A stretch of 64,000 bases of DNA from Octopus vulgaris (Eukaryota): NCBI GenBank assembly GCA_951406725.2, contig OX597816.1, forward strand, positions 12,958,001 to 13,022,000, given 5' to 3'. Under the pieces are notes generated by a model. That model was not told the origin of the DNA and did no database searches. It saw nothing but the letters and a program-made list of their open reading frames with translations. This document shows positions 27,271 through 41,396 of this stretch, one piece after another. The position numbers and the translations under genes were made by a program. The number at the start of each line of letters is the position of its first letter. Position 1 is the first letter of the stretch.

Positions 27271-28264
27271 CATCATTTCTATTTTCTTTATCACATCCAG
27301 CTTTCGTTTTCTTTTATGCGATATAGGGGACAAGGTTTGGACTTCTGTGAATCGACAACCTAAAATAACTCGAGAATAAAAACATTTGTAAAAGAAAAAA
27401 AGAAAATAAATAAAAGAGAACAAACCGACAGAGAAAAAGTAAAGATGTCGAGGAAGACTAAACGGAAACAGACTTTTAGGTGCATATCATATCGTCCATA
27501 ATAACATTATGGCTAGCAAATCACGTTATGATTTTCAGGTTGATCTTTCATGGTGGAAATTACGTGATATAGTAGCTCCGTTGAAAACCAGCTATTGTCA
27601 TTCCCACTGCTGGCAATACAATGAACTGATTTCATATTGGAATGGATGACCAGTTCTGAACTGTGTTGTTATACTGCTGAGACCAGAAGCTATTGTTGTT
27701 GTTAATCTTGTTGTTGTTGTTGTTGTTGTTGTCGTTGTTGCAACTGCTGCTTTTGGTAGTAGTGTTAGCAGTGGTAGCAGTGGTGATATTTGTGTTGTTG
27801 AGTAGATTCCTTCTCGACTACTGCTACAAATCATTGTTATCAGCTCTGCTTCAACAAGTCTATAACATAAAGTGACAGCCTATGGAATATACAACAAAAA
27901 AAAAGAAAAGAAATAAAAAAAAGGAGGTTGTAAAAATTTAAGACGCAGAAATAGAGTGGCGTTATACTGACATGGCGTCTAACAATTCTCTGTTCAAATT
28001 TTAGCAAATTCGAAAGATAAATTTATATTTTATAGCTACACTTACGAATTAAATTTTGAACAACCCGCTAATATAACGTGGGTTTTTCTAATTTTAGCGG
28101 ATTAAAACTAAACTGTATTCTGTATTCTATATTTTCTGGTTAATCTTACGAATTAAATATCACACCCTCCACTAACCCAACGTGGTATGCTTATTAAAAG
28201 TGAAAAGTAAATATTTATTAATCTCATCTGTAGAATTAAAAGAAATGTTGGATTAACTATCTCT

Positions 28265-28572
28265 ATTTGCAACCATGTGATTTCGGGTTCCATCTCACCG
28301 TGTGGCACTTTATGCAAGTTTCATCTAACATAACCCCAGGTTTATTAATTCCATTTGCGTAGTATTCGGTAGAGTGCAATTGTCTAGAAATGTCTTGCAT
28401 ATGTGCCGGTGGCACCCCTGGCGCCTGTGCAGATGGCACGTAAAAAGCACCCACTACACACACAGAGTGGTTGGCGTTAGGAAGGGCATCCAGCTGTAGA
28501 AACACTGCCAGATCAGACTGGAGCCTGGTGCAGCCTCCTGGCTTCCCAGACCCCGTTCGAACCGTCCAACCC

Positions 28573-28605
<33 letters not shown>

Positions 28606-28606
28606 A
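28265..28606 (+). mobile_element. SINE with family-A-like head remnant and a different 3' part ending in (GAT)n
   Basis: ggcgttaggaagggcatccagctgtagaaa motif, then ccgtccaaccc and (GAT)n. Confidence 0.6.
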
Positions 28607-29075
28607 TATGTGCGTATGTGTGTATCAGTGTGTACGTGTGTGTGTGTAGTTATGACATTCTATTTATTACTACCTGTAAGAAAGAGAGAATATAGGTTTA
28701 TGGTTCGATAGGTTGGATTGAAGTTTTAATGACTTATCGTAACCAATGGATTCATCCTTGTTTGGAAATCCTCAGAATAAAGCAAGAGTAAAACTGTGAA
28801 GAGGTGATGAGTGTGAACGGTAGAGGATGTGGTATTTGGACAAATCTGATGGCATCCCTCATTACTCAAGCGTCGTGAAGGAAGTAGAGTTATGGAATTT
28901 CAGGGCAGAAATGAAATGGACGAAAAAAAGACAATAGGTGAAAGTAGAGAGAGTGAATATGAACAGGTAAAGTATGTTCATTTGTTGCTCACCTGTATGT
29001 GGTACAATAAAAAAATGTTAGAACGTTATATTTGAAAGATAACGAATATGTTCATACATGGCGATTTAGTATGAA

Positions 29076-29544
29076 TACAGTAATCTCTCGACTATCGCGG
29101 GTGTTACGTTCCACCAGCACCCCTGCGACAGCTAAAAATCCGCGAAGTAGAAACAGTACTGTATATTTTTTTTAATTATTTTTTATAATTTGTATATATT
29201 GATTTTATTATAAGTGCAAAACAACACCACGGAGAGATCGATGTAAGCTTAAATAATAAATCGCTATAGGTGAACCGCGATATGGCAACGAATTACTGTA
29301 AGTTTAAAGAGGTGGGTTTTACGTTCCACCAGCAACCCTGCCATAGGTGAAAATCCGCGAAGCAGAAACAGCACTGTATATATTTTTTAATTATTTTTAT
29401 ATAATTTGTATATATTTGTTTTATTATAAATGGAAAACAAGACCATGGTGGGATCGACGTAAGCTTAAATAATAAACCGCGATAGGTGAACCGCGATAGG
29501 TGAACCGCGATAGGTGAACCACGATATGGCAACGAATCACTGTA
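29076..29544. mobile_element. Tigger/pogo-like MITE, tandemly duplicated
   Basis: Copy 1 TA-cagtaatc...aattactg-TA (29076-29300); copy 2 (29313-29544) lacks the left TIR and has three copies of ccgcgataggtgaa. Confidence 0.75.
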
Positions 29545-29594
29545 TATTGAAAGAGACTCGATGAGTTACAATACGTCTCAATGTCAATCACTCT

Positions 29595-30018
29595 CTTTTT
29601 ACTCTTTTACTCTTTTACTTGTTTCAGTCATTTGACTGCAGCCATGCTGGAGCACCGCCTTTAGTCGAGCAAATCGACCCCAGGACTTATTCTTTTGTAA
29701 GCCCAGTACTTATTCTATCGGTCTCTTTTGCCGAATCGCTAGGTGAAGGGGACGTAAACACCAGCATCAGTTGTCAAGCAATGCTAGGGGGACAAACACA
29801 GACACACAAACATATACACACACATACATACATATACATATATATATATACATATATAGGACAGGCTTCTTTCAGTTTCCGTCTACCAAATCCACTCACA
29901 AGGCTTTGGTCGGCCCGAGGCTATAGCAGATGACACCTGCCCAAGATGCCACGCAGTGGGACTGAACCCAGAACCATGTGGTTGGTTAGCAAGCTACTTA
30001 CCACACAGCCACTCCTGC
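29595..30018 (-). mobile_element. SINE family A, full length with (GTAAAAGA)n tail
   Basis: Consensus match; tail read on plus as (tcttttac)x3. Confidence 0.9.
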
Positions 30019-30633
30019 TAATAATAATTAACGACCATTTTTGCCATCATTTTTCCTGGTTATTAAGCATCGCCTTCATGTATTGCAACTTCATGAGATC
30101 ATTTTTACCACTTCGTCCTATGCATCTGATCCAAGTCACATGTAGCTTTTTGTTTTCAGATCTTCTGTGCCTCCACTTTAAATATTTTGTCCGGATGTTC
30201 TTTTCCCCCATTCGTATGTGTATATGCATGTGGAGGTTCAGAAGATCTGAAAAAAAAAGCTACATGTGAATTGAATCAGATGTAATCTGCAAGAAAGAAC
30301 ACGGTGCTGGTACGAATCATTCACACTAATTACCCGCTCTGCACTACATGAAACATTACAATTCATACATAAATATAATATAATCTACCTATCGCTTAAT
30401 AATTGCCAGGAGAGTTAAAGCTTTCTGGATCTTTACTTTGATTGTTGCAGTATTTTCTTTATACCTACACCAAATACTCAATACCTCACTATGTAACGCC
30501 AGAAGTCAACTGCTGTATAGTCTCTCGAGCATTTGAAGGAATTTATTTTGCTTGTATTCTTACCGCCAGTCATTTCCTATAACTTCCCACCATATATATC
30601 GCTTCTCTGTCAGCCTCTAGATGATTCACTTAC

Positions 30634-30696
30634 AGCTTTTTCATGCCAGTAGTTTACACTGAGCACTCGGCATAGAACTTCTTGTGTAATCGGTTT
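30634..30696 (-). CDS. Candidate 63-nt internal exon (KPITQEVLCRVLSVNYWHEKA), product unknown
   Basis: Acceptor ...cttacttgatatgcag|, donor |gtaagtg, phase 0-0, only one open frame, apparently unique sequence. Confidence 0.3.
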
Positions 30697-30849
30697 CTGC
30701 ATATCAAGTAAGTATGTATGACACCTCCTTGTAATCCTGATTGATTATGTAATTGGCTTGCATGTACGCTATTTAATAACATCTTAACCATTTCAGTAAG
30801 TATTCCTGATGAACCAGCTGACGACTCAAACTTTTACCTTCAATTACCC

Positions 30850-31358
30850 TAAGTTTTAATGGCTCTTCTCATTTCTACATTTTAATGTTAAGTTTTATGG
30901 GTGTTTCCATTTCTACATTTTAATGACAAGTTTTAATGAGTCTTCCCATTGCAACATTTTAATGACAAATTTTAATGGGTTTTCCCCTTTTCTACATTTT
31001 AAGCAAAAGTTTCAACGTGCCTTCTCATTTCTGCATTTTAATGGCAAGTTTTAATGGCACTTCCCATTTCTGCATTTTAAGGGTAAGTTTTGAAGGGTTT
31101 GCCAATTTCTACATTTTAACGGGGAGTTTTAATGGGTTTTCCCATTTCTACATTTTAAGCGAAAGTTTTAACGTGTCTTCTTATTTCTGCATTTTAATGG
31201 CACTTCTTATTTCTGCATTTTAAGGGTAAGTTTTAAAGAGTTTTCCGATTTCTACATTTTAATTGTGAATTTTAATGGATTTCCCCATTTCTACATTTTC
31301 ATGGCAGGTTTTAATGGGTCTTCCCATTTCTACATTTTAATGGCAAATTTTAATGGCT
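30850..31358. repeat. ~39-bp minisatellite, about 13 diverged units
   Basis: Unit approx. aagttttaatgggtcttcccatttctacattttaatggc. Confidence 0.9.
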
Positions 31359-31402
31359 CGGCAGATTTCAGAAGTATTTCGAGAAGTTTTTGAATGTGGA
31401 AA

Positions 31403-31468
<66 letters not shown>

Positions 31469-32229
31469 ATGTGCGTGTGCTTGCGTGTGTGTGCGTGTGT
31501 GTGTAATTTTCTTTATACAAGCAAAAATATAGAAAGTAAATCATGAGTATAAATATATTTATTTGATTGGTAGAAGCTTGGAGGTGACGAGTATTTTGTA
31601 AATCATAAGTACCAACCAATACATGAAACCCTAGGCCCTCCAGTAGCTTCTATTGATTAAATAAAATATATATGTATATATGTGCAAGAGTGGCTATGTG
31701 ATAAGAAGCTTGCTTGTCAACCACTTGTTTCCGAGTTCATTCCCACTGTATGGCACCTGGGGCAAGTGTCTTCTGTTATAACAACGGGCCGTCCAAAAGA
31801 CTTGTGAGTGGATCGGCCCCAGACGGATAAAAAGTAATCCGACGAGATTTGAATTCAGAACGGGATGACCCGGAGGAAATGCCGTAAGCATTTTGTCCGG
31901 TGTGTTAAAGATTCTGCCAGGTCGCTGCTATTCATTATAATTACAGTTAACAGAACTTCTTGTTGTTATATCTAAAATTTAACTCGATCAAGAAAGGTCA
32001 TTGCTCGTAGTCTTTTAAAAACTTCTAAGGTTGTGAAGGGAACAGGTTAATATCTTCACCATTTTGTGTTTTCATAGTTTGAAATCAGTTTTTAAGAGAA
32101 CACTCCACGCACACAAAAAAGCTAATTCTTTTCATATCAAAGTGATTACCATGGTTTGCTACTGTGTACAAGTATATAAACACACATATATAAAAATGTA
32201 TTTATACTTGAAAGAAAAACCCTACCACA

Positions 32230-32288
<59 letters not shown>

Positions 32289-32329
32289 GGAAAACTCTGA
32301 AGAAACCAACAACGGAAAAACTAACTCAA

Positions 32330-32760
32330 AGCTAATTGAACAAGTAATGAAAGAACCGCCAAGCGAAGGAGGCTGAAAGTATTTTTGGCATTAATAGAAT
32401 AATTTCTTTTGGATAATGAATAAAAGAAAAAAAGTGAGTTTCCAGAGAAATAACATGGCAAGATAATCTGTAGAAAGAAAGAATGTCGTAAACAGCAAAA
32501 ACAAAAGTTTCTAGGATAAAATGTATAGAAAACATGAGGAAATATCTGAATGAAAGCAACACAAGAATCAAACCAAGCAAGAGAACATCATTCAATGAAA
32601 ATAATAAGACAAACGACATCGGCTTAATGAAAGCAGCCGACAAAAGGGAAACACATTTAACGACATAAAAACAAATTATAGAAAACAACTAATTTCTTTA
32701 CGGAAGAGTTATGCAGCAGATCTTTGTGTTGTATTAGATGTTACCATACAGAGAATATGA
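32330..32760 (+). mobile_element. Highly decayed PLE linker/endonuclease remnant
   Basis: Broken frames KVFLALIE*F, KVSFQRNNM, RTSFNENNKTND echo the better-preserved fragment at 33.3 kb. Confidence 0.3.
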
Positions 32761-32862
32761 GAAATTTCTCTGATCATAAGCAGGTCAATGAAAGATACAC
32801 TTTTGCTTTTTATTCTTAATTCTATAGGAAAGAATTACGATGCATCTATCTATCAATAAATA

Positions 32863-32929
<67 letters not shown>

Positions 32930-33279
32930 ATATCTATCTATCTAACTACCTGTCTGTCTGTTTGTCTTTCTATCTATCTGTCTATCTTTCTGTCTAACTT
33001 TCTATCTATTTGTCTATCTGTCCGTCTAGCTATCTGTCTGTCTGCCTGTCTCTCTATTTATCTATCTATTTATCTATCTGTCTATCTATCTATTTATCTA
33101 TCTACCTACATACCTATCTACCTACATATCTATCTATTTACCTGTCTATTTATCTATTTATCTATCTGTCTATCTGTGTGTCTGTCTATCTATCTGTCTG
33201 CCTCTGTTCCTTTCTCTGAGATTTCGGAAGTTACAGATTGGGGTTGGGGTGGTGCAGGTGTATTTTTATGTATGTTGGT

Positions 33280-33465
33280 GCAGTGCGATGTTGTCTAAGC
33301 AGGAGTAGCTCACCTTCACATTATGGGGGTTGACGATTTTGTAATACTTGTGGCCACTGGGGAAGTATTTCTTAATTAACAGCAGGAAGTCCAAATAGCT
33401 ACGTTGGTGGAATCTTAGAGGTTGAAAGGGGGGATTATACCATATAATTTTCTTTTTCCTAAACC
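33280..33465 (-). mobile_element. PLE RT-EN linker fragment
   Basis: RKKKIIWYNPPF...[34 protein letters not shown] resembles the IIWFNPP...KVSYSC segment of PLE ORFs; flanked by (TATC)n. Confidence 0.7.
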
Positions 33466-33476
33466 TCATGTATTAC

Positions 33477-33536
<60 letters not shown>

Positions 33537-33537
33537 A

Positions 33538-33570
<33 letters not shown>

Positions 33571-33822
33571 CACACATAGAGATATAAAAAGGTACGTAGA
33601 CAGACAGCAATAAAATTTTACTTAATTTGACGTTGCTCTGCGATTACCTTGGTACCAGTTGTGAGGCACACCGTGCATCTGTTCTGCCAGCGTAGATTTG
33701 ATGTATAGAGGGAGCTTATACACAGCACATGCATTTGATTATTATAAACAAATCATTTCTGCAGGTCGTTCATTCGGCAAATACTAAACTCATACGCCAT
33801 CTTCGACGGATGTGTTCGCTAT

Positions 33823-33902
<80 letters not shown>

Positions 33903-34170
33903 ATGTGTGTGTATGTATGTACTTTTATTTTCTGCATTATGGATCACATATTGAAGACAACTGCATTATAGTATTTATATTACACACAGCCATTATGGAT
34001 TACCGCAAAGGATTTTACGACGGATGTATTTTTACTTCAAAATTTTTAGCACAAGATTGTACCAACGCATATCTATGCCAGTAACATTTAAACAGCATCT
34101 TTAAACAACATCTTTTTTCATATATTTTTAAATAGCTTTCGATTGACTACACAAAAATTCACCCTCTATA

Positions 34171-34260
34171 TCTCTGACGAGTGGATGTATTACCTATTAA
34201 TGATTAGCAAATTTAGATTCCATTTCTAAGGGTAAGACACTCGCGATACGACTGTAAGAG
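34171..34260 (+). ncRNA. Decayed hammerhead-like motif
   Basis: tct-CTGACGA-gtggatgtattacc...ggtaagacactcgc-GATA-cgactg-TA-aga. Confidence 0.5.
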
Positions 34261-34525
34261 GTTTTAAACCACCAAACATTTTAAATAATCATACTTTATA
34301 TATCTATACATCTATCTATTAAATCAATATTATTTTTGATGTAAGTTTCTTGCACTTATTTTATAATATAATATATAATCGCTCTTATTAAATGTCTAAA
34401 TACTTTAATGTTTTAGACATTTCCCTACCAAGAGCACTTATTAAAAATTCAGTATATTGTATTCTCATTGAATATATTTGAGTAACGATATATGTGTATA
34501 TATATGTGTGTCTGTGTGTCTGTGT

Positions 34526-34581
<56 letters not shown>

Positions 34582-34661
34582 ATAAATATATATATATATA
34601 GATAGATAGACAGACAGACAGAAAGACAGTCAGACAGACAGACAGACAGACAGACAGATAG

Positions 34662-34739
<78 letters not shown>

Positions 34740-36984
34740 GTCTCCTCCTTACGTAAGAAATTTTGATGGACAACAATACCAGATTAGCAGTCTTCGAGAT
34801 AGAGAGGGATTACTTCAAGTAATTCAACATTAATGGAGATATTTTCCTCTATGTTAGTTAAAAGATCCAGTATTCTTTTGAGCTTTCATTGACCAATAAT
34901 GTTATGAGAAATCTGGCTATGAGTTAAATAACTTAATAGAAACTGATTGATGGTCTGTTATGAGAGATGAAATATTAATATATCAGGCAATTTGAGTTCG
35001 GTCATTTTATGAATGGCGTGGATTCAATAAATAATATAAAGGGGTATTTTATTCTGAACAGTGTATGAAAGGATCTGATATATGTGCTGCCCTTTCAGAG
35101 ACTGTTTGAGAATATTAATCTATTTTTGATGACTAAGAAATGCATTATGTTAAGGCCGTTTCTTCAGTGGTTTGAATGTTGTACTTACGACTTCAAGATT
35201 GTAGTCTCGACTCCTTGACCAGATGCTGCGTTGTGTTCATAGTGAAGCACTTCATTTCCCATTGCCCCAGTCCAGTCAGCTGTAAATGAGTAATTCTGAG
35301 ACACACTGGCGTCCCATTCAGAAACCATATTGTGATCTTTGCCACTTATGCGACAAGGAATCCGGGTAACTGGCCCTATAAGTACTATAAATCGAGTTAG
35401 TACTTCACTTACAAATGCATTATATGTTGCTGTTATTGTTGTTTGTTTAGCACCAAGTCAGTCCAAATGTGGCAAGCCTATAGAAATGTTATGGGTCTAT
35501 TATCTTTCACTTGTTTCCGTCATTAGACCTGTAACCACGCTCGGGCACGGTTTTGAAGAATTTATTCGAAGAAAGCGACCCTACTACCTATTTGTTGTGA
35601 GTCTGGTACTTATCCTATCGGTCATTTTCAGCGAACCCCTTATTTACGGGGACAAAACCGATTATGAACCGCTGGTGGGACGCAAACGCGAATATAAGCA
35701 CAAACACACGCATACGCAAACACACACACACACGCACACATTTATACAAAACGGCGAGCTTCTTTCAGTCTCCGTCAACCCAATTCACTCTCAAGGCTCT
35801 GGTCGGCTCGAATGTGTAGAAGACAGTGGGACTGAACTTACAACAACGTGGTTGGGAAGCAAAATTCATACACGCTGCCAAAACCTTCATTCTTTTTTAG
35901 AGCTCTTATGTGGAATTTGAGTGGAATTTAGCTGCCATTTTTAGCAAACCAAGCAACCATCTAGAATATTCTTTGTAGTTTTAAGAGAGACACTCTAATA
36001 TACACTCTTTTCTATGATGTATCAATGGTATAAAAATTTGAGCAAAGAACCAGTCCTTGTTGAGTTATTGTAATTGAAAGGGTAAAGGTCAAAGAACCCC
36101 TTCGGTCATGAGTGACGATGGGATTGCTCCTAGAAAGTTACACTGCAAGGCAGAAGTCCGAGCAAGGTTTTTTTATGGAAGACCAGCCTCAGGCCTGCCA
36201 AAGCCTTGTGAGTGGATTTAGTTGACAGAAACTGAAAGAAGCCTATCATGTATATATATACATGTGTGTGTGTGCGTGTGTGCGTGCGTGTGTGCGTGCG
36301 CGTGTATATATATTTATGCATGTGTGTGTGTATCTGCATTTGTAGCCCCCATGCTGTTATGTTTACGTCCCCGTAACTTATCGGTTCAACAAAGAAGCCC
36401 TATAAAATATAGGCTTACAAAGAATAAATACTGGGTTCGATTCCTTCAACAAAAATTCATTAAGGTGGTACTCCAGCATGGTCGCAGTCGAATGACCGAA
36501 ACAAGTAAAATTGGTGCAGAGGAAACTCGAGATTTCTGCTAAAGAATTGCAATTAATTACACAATACTGACAATGGTTAGACAGCAAGTTGCACAAATCT
36601 GTTAGCCATAGCTGAAGAGTTCTTGAGACGAACAATGTTTGTATAAACTCAAATTATTCGATTCTTTCTCCAGCGCCATTATCTCCAGCTTTTTTTTTCT
36701 CTTATTGAATGTATGTTAGTGAATTCAAATAAGATAATTTGCTGTCTAAAATGCTTAATGAATGCCTTATTGGAATCATTGTTGAGTTCAATATAACTAA
36801 TTATATGTATTAAGATGTTTTGATAGAGTTTGTTTTAGCAATTAGTATGTTCATTTTTTTTGTTTGTTTGACAGGCTGATACGTGAACTCACACACATAC
36901 GTTCACAAACAAATGTATTATCTATCCTTATGTGTATACGCGTGTATGTGTGTATGTGTCTATGTATCTATATATTTCTTTTAC

Positions 36985-37359
36985 ATTCTTTCGCTTGTTT
37001 CAGTCATTTGATTGCAGCCATACTGGAGCACCACCTTTAGTCGACCAAATCGACCACATGACTTATTTTATTTTTTTGCCGAACCGCTAAGCTACGGGTA
37101 CGTAAACACACCAGCATCGGTTATCAAGCGATGTTCGGAGGACAAATAAAGACACACAAACATACACATACACTCACACACACACATATACATATACACG
37201 ACGGGCTTCTTTCAGTTTCCGTCTACCAAATACACTCACAAGGCTTTGGTCGGCCCGAGACTATAGTAGAGAACACTTGCCCATGGTGCCACGCAGTAGG
37301 ACTGAACACGGAACCATGTGGCTGGTAAGCAAACAACTTACCACACAGCCACTCCTGCG

Positions 37360-37360
<1 letters not shown>
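36985..37360 (-). mobile_element. SINE family A
   Basis: Consensus match with an internal deletion. Confidence 0.85.
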
Positions 37361-37445
<85 letters not shown>

Positions 37446-37446
37446 T

Positions 37447-37481
<35 letters not shown>

Positions 37482-37521
37482 CACACACACATATATATAA
37501 AACACACACACATATAAAAAA

Positions 37522-38929
37522 GCCGGACTACTCACCCTCAAGTGCACACGATATTAGAACCACCATCGCACATGCTATCGGTGTCAGCCTGAGATTTACG
37601 CTAAAAACACATATTTTTAAATTTGACAACAAACTGTATAAGCAAACGAAAGGCGGTGCTATTGGAGTGGGGATCGCCGGTGACGTTGCTAACCTCTTCA
37701 TGGTATGGTGGGACAAGCGTTTTAAACAGTGCCTAGCAAACCGTAACATCCACTTGGCTATGTACTCTCGTTACGTCGGCGACATTAACCTTGTTGTGAA
37801 ATATAATACAGACACAGTTATTGGCCCTCTACCCAGTGAAGAACAGGTGATGACATCTATACAACACATAGCTGACTCTATCCACAGCAGTATAAAACTT
37901 ACCATAGACTACCCCTCTAAACACCCCAGTAAACGATTACCCGTCCTAGATACTGAGCTATGGATGGAAGATGCTATGGTTAATGGTACCATTAAACCAT
38001 GTATACTCCACTCACACTATCAGAAACCGATGGCTAATCCACTAGTAATCCGTAGTGACTCAGCTATGTCGGATACTGCCAAACTCACCATCCTAGTGGA
38101 AGACCTAGTTAGAGTAAGGAGGAATGTATCACCACTATGCTAACCACAAGAACAACAACAACACATCCAGCACTACATATTCCGAATGCAACGCTCCGGA
38201 TACACACAAGACGATAGAGTCCGGGTGTACAAAGGAGCGAAAGCTAGATTCGAACGCATTCTAAGGAACGACGAAAACGGTATATGCCCCCTGTACCGCA
38301 ACAAGTTCTGGAATAGGTTAGAGAGGGACACCAACAAAAAGATGAGAAACGTTACTTGGTACGATAACAGGAGATTTCACGGAGTGATGTTCGTTGACGC
38401 CACACCTAAGAACGAGCTAAGTAAGGCATTCAAGAAAGTCCTGCGCACTACGGGCCTAAAAGTTAAAGTTGTAGAAAAGACAGGTAGGACTATCAAATCG
38501 GCATTATGCAGATCATATCCATTTGATAGAATCACCTGTCAAAGTAATTGTGCAGTATGTTCGACAAATCCACATGTAAATTGTAAAACCAAGGGCACTG
38601 TATACCAGATTAAGTGCCAAGAGGGAGCTTGCGCGACTAACCCAGAGTCATACATAGGTGAGACCTCTAGAAGCATCAATGATAGGTTCAAAGAACACCT
38701 GGACAACTACATTGAAAGGAAGCCAAACTCCATCTTCTACCAACATGCTGTAGACTGCCACAAGGGATCCTTAGGGGAGCTTAAGGTGAACATCCTATCA
38801 ACACACCCCACCGATACAATGTTGAGACAGGTCACAGAAGCTGTTTGTATACAAGAATACAAACCTACTCTCAACCGAAAGTCCGAATGGAATAACATCC
38901 AGATCCCATTCAAAAGGACTATTCTATAA
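37522..38929 (+). pseudogene. 5'-truncated Penelope-like element: reverse transcriptase + GIY-YIG endonuclease, disabled
   Basis: RT motifs [10 protein letters not shown] and RYVGDI (YVDD altered); one in-frame TAA at 38141 joins the two track ORFs; Cys-rich linker; VYQIKC...YIGETSRSINDRFKEH. Confidence 0.93.
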
Positions 38930-39923
38930 CCGCCCCTCTCTCTCTCTCCCTTTTACCTGTAGTCCTTACATACGGGTTGCAACGCGTATGTGCAGTTATA
39001 TACAACGGTATGAGCAGACGTTGTTTGATACGAACAGTTGCACCTAGGCGTTGTATCCATTCACGGTTAGACGATGATGAGAGGAACAAACACACACCCA
39101 CACACATATATATATGTGTGTGTGCGTCTATACAAACATATACGTAAATATGTATACAACCTTCAGCAAAGTAACAGTCATGTACACAACTTGGACGGAC
39201 ACATGCCAGTACACGGACATACGTTCACATACACATACACATGTACACACTCTCACAGACACATCTGCTCATTCTCCTAGACACTCACATACATACGTAG
39301 CACATGAATACAAACATACATACATACCTACGTATGGGCATACACACGTACATACGCACGTACATGTACGCACACACATACATGGGCACATGCACACGAG
39401 CGCGTATACATACATACGCACATGCGTACGTATGTACATACACACATACATACACACATACATACATACATACATACATACATACATACATACATACGCA
39501 CATACATACATACATACGCACAATAGTAAAACAATAGTTCTGTGATATAGAGATAAAAATCTGATAATAGATTTTAGGGTATAGTTTTGGGAGTAAGCGT
39601 CATAAATCACTTTCTAGCTTCGGTCGTAGGAAGTTGAAATTTGATAGCTTTGTGATGAGTGGTCACTCTACATCCATCCATCGCTACAGGTTTATAGCTT
39701 TATGTTTTATAGAGTGTATGTGCGTGCATATACACACACATACATATATACATACATACATACATACATACATACATACATACATACATACATACATACA
39801 TACACAGGCGTATGTGCGTACATGCATACGTACATACATACACACATGTATGCATACATACACACATACATACGTACATATATATGACGAACTAACTGTT
39901 ACTTTCTTAGATGCAGCACGGAC

Positions 39924-39973
39924 TTTGTCAGTGAACAGGTCGCGGATTTTAGCGACGAAAATATTTTGACAAA
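39924..39973 (+). ncRNA. Hammerhead-like motif downstream of the PLE ORF
   Basis: tttgtca-GTGAACA-ggtcgc-ggatttta-gcgac-GAAA-atat-TT-tgacaaa: 7-bp stem I, 5-bp stem II, mutated CTGANGA. Confidence 0.6.
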
Positions 39974-41039
39974 TTAAACTTAAATGTTGAAGTGAATCCA
40001 ACGGCTTTTGTGTGTTTCTTAAATGGCTTATAAACACCTTCCACGCTGCAATTGTTTTCGTTTCAGCACACGATCTCAGATCAAATTACTTGCTATGCGA
40101 GTGCATCTCCCAAATATATATATATATATATATGCATATATACAGATAGATAGATGTAAACGTGGCGGTCGTTGCCATAGATTCGAGCGTAACGGATTCC
40201 TGTTCGCAGCCCTATATCTGTAACTGATTTTAAACCGTTTCTCCCATGGCTCTCAGACGACCACTTACCTATAATTTCGTTTCCAAATTTTGGTGGCAAA
40301 AAAAAAATCCCAATGATACCAGTTCTCCTCTTACGTGCATTCAGCCTAAATGGATTTTTGGCTCTGTAGCATATTACCAAACGTTTGTCTTTAAAGTTCA
40401 AAAACGGACTGCTAGTGCTGTTGGATCTATATGCGTATACGCAGCTCGAGAGGTTTCCCAATACGTAGCCGTGGTGGACAACAAATGGCTTTCGAATGAG
40501 TAATGCATCCACAGCTAATACAAGCAAGATTATGGAGGAAGTGTTATCAAGTTTACCAAAGCAGACGTGGCAGTGTTGTAAGAAGTTTGCATCCCAACCA
40601 CATTGTCCCGGGTTCAGTCTCACTGCACGGCATCTTGTGCAAGTGTCTTCTACTATAGCCTTGACTCTGCTAAATCCTTGTGAATAGATTCGATAGATGG
40701 AAAGTGAAAGAAGCATTTACACACACATACACAACCGTCAAATGGTCTCACACAGGCAAACACACATTAGTTGCATACACACAGACGTGCTTGCTAAGAC
40801 TTACACACACATGCACACACACACGTACACACACGGGCACCGACACACACGCACACATTGGCTTCATTCATACACACATGCGCGCGCATACACACGCATA
40901 CACATAGACACACACGCACGCGCACACACAGATACACACACACACACAAACACCAGTCACTGTTGTCTCTCTTGCTACCCACGCATCAAGTCACTTCAGC
41001 AAACCGGCACCGGTTGACTCAGACAGATTTGTTTCTCTA

Positions 41040-41185
41040 TCTGCTTTCAATCCTCGCTTCTCCCACCTGTGGGAGAGCGTCGGCTCGAAACGTTAAAATC
41101 TACTTCCATTCTCCAGTGCGTCAACTTTATAGAATGTTTGTTCTTCTTCATCTTGTGTTCCTACTCTCTTTATTTTTGGAACATA
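41040..41185 (+). mobile_element. Non-coding PLE terminal-repeat-like fragment with hammerhead-like motif
   Basis: ctgtggga-gagc-gtcg-gctc-GAAA-cg-tt; homologous to 14130-14320 (minus). Confidence 0.55.
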
Positions 41186-41189
41186 TAAG

Positions 41190-41222
<33 letters not shown>

Positions 41223-41302
41223 ATATGCACTCACACAAATACACACACTTATAAGATATATGTATGTGTATTTATATATATACATATATATAAGTATATA
41301 TG

Positions 41303-41362
<60 letters not shown>

Positions 41363-41396
41363 GATAAGAAAGTTTGTTTGGTAAAGCACGTAGGTG

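Noticed and set aside
30850-31358. Regular ~39-bp repeats suggestive of a CRISPR array
   Set aside because: Head-to-tail units with no unique spacers, eukaryotic context, no cas genes
35339-35920. 193-aa ORF
   Set aside because: Runs antisense through a diverged family A SINE; no protein motif
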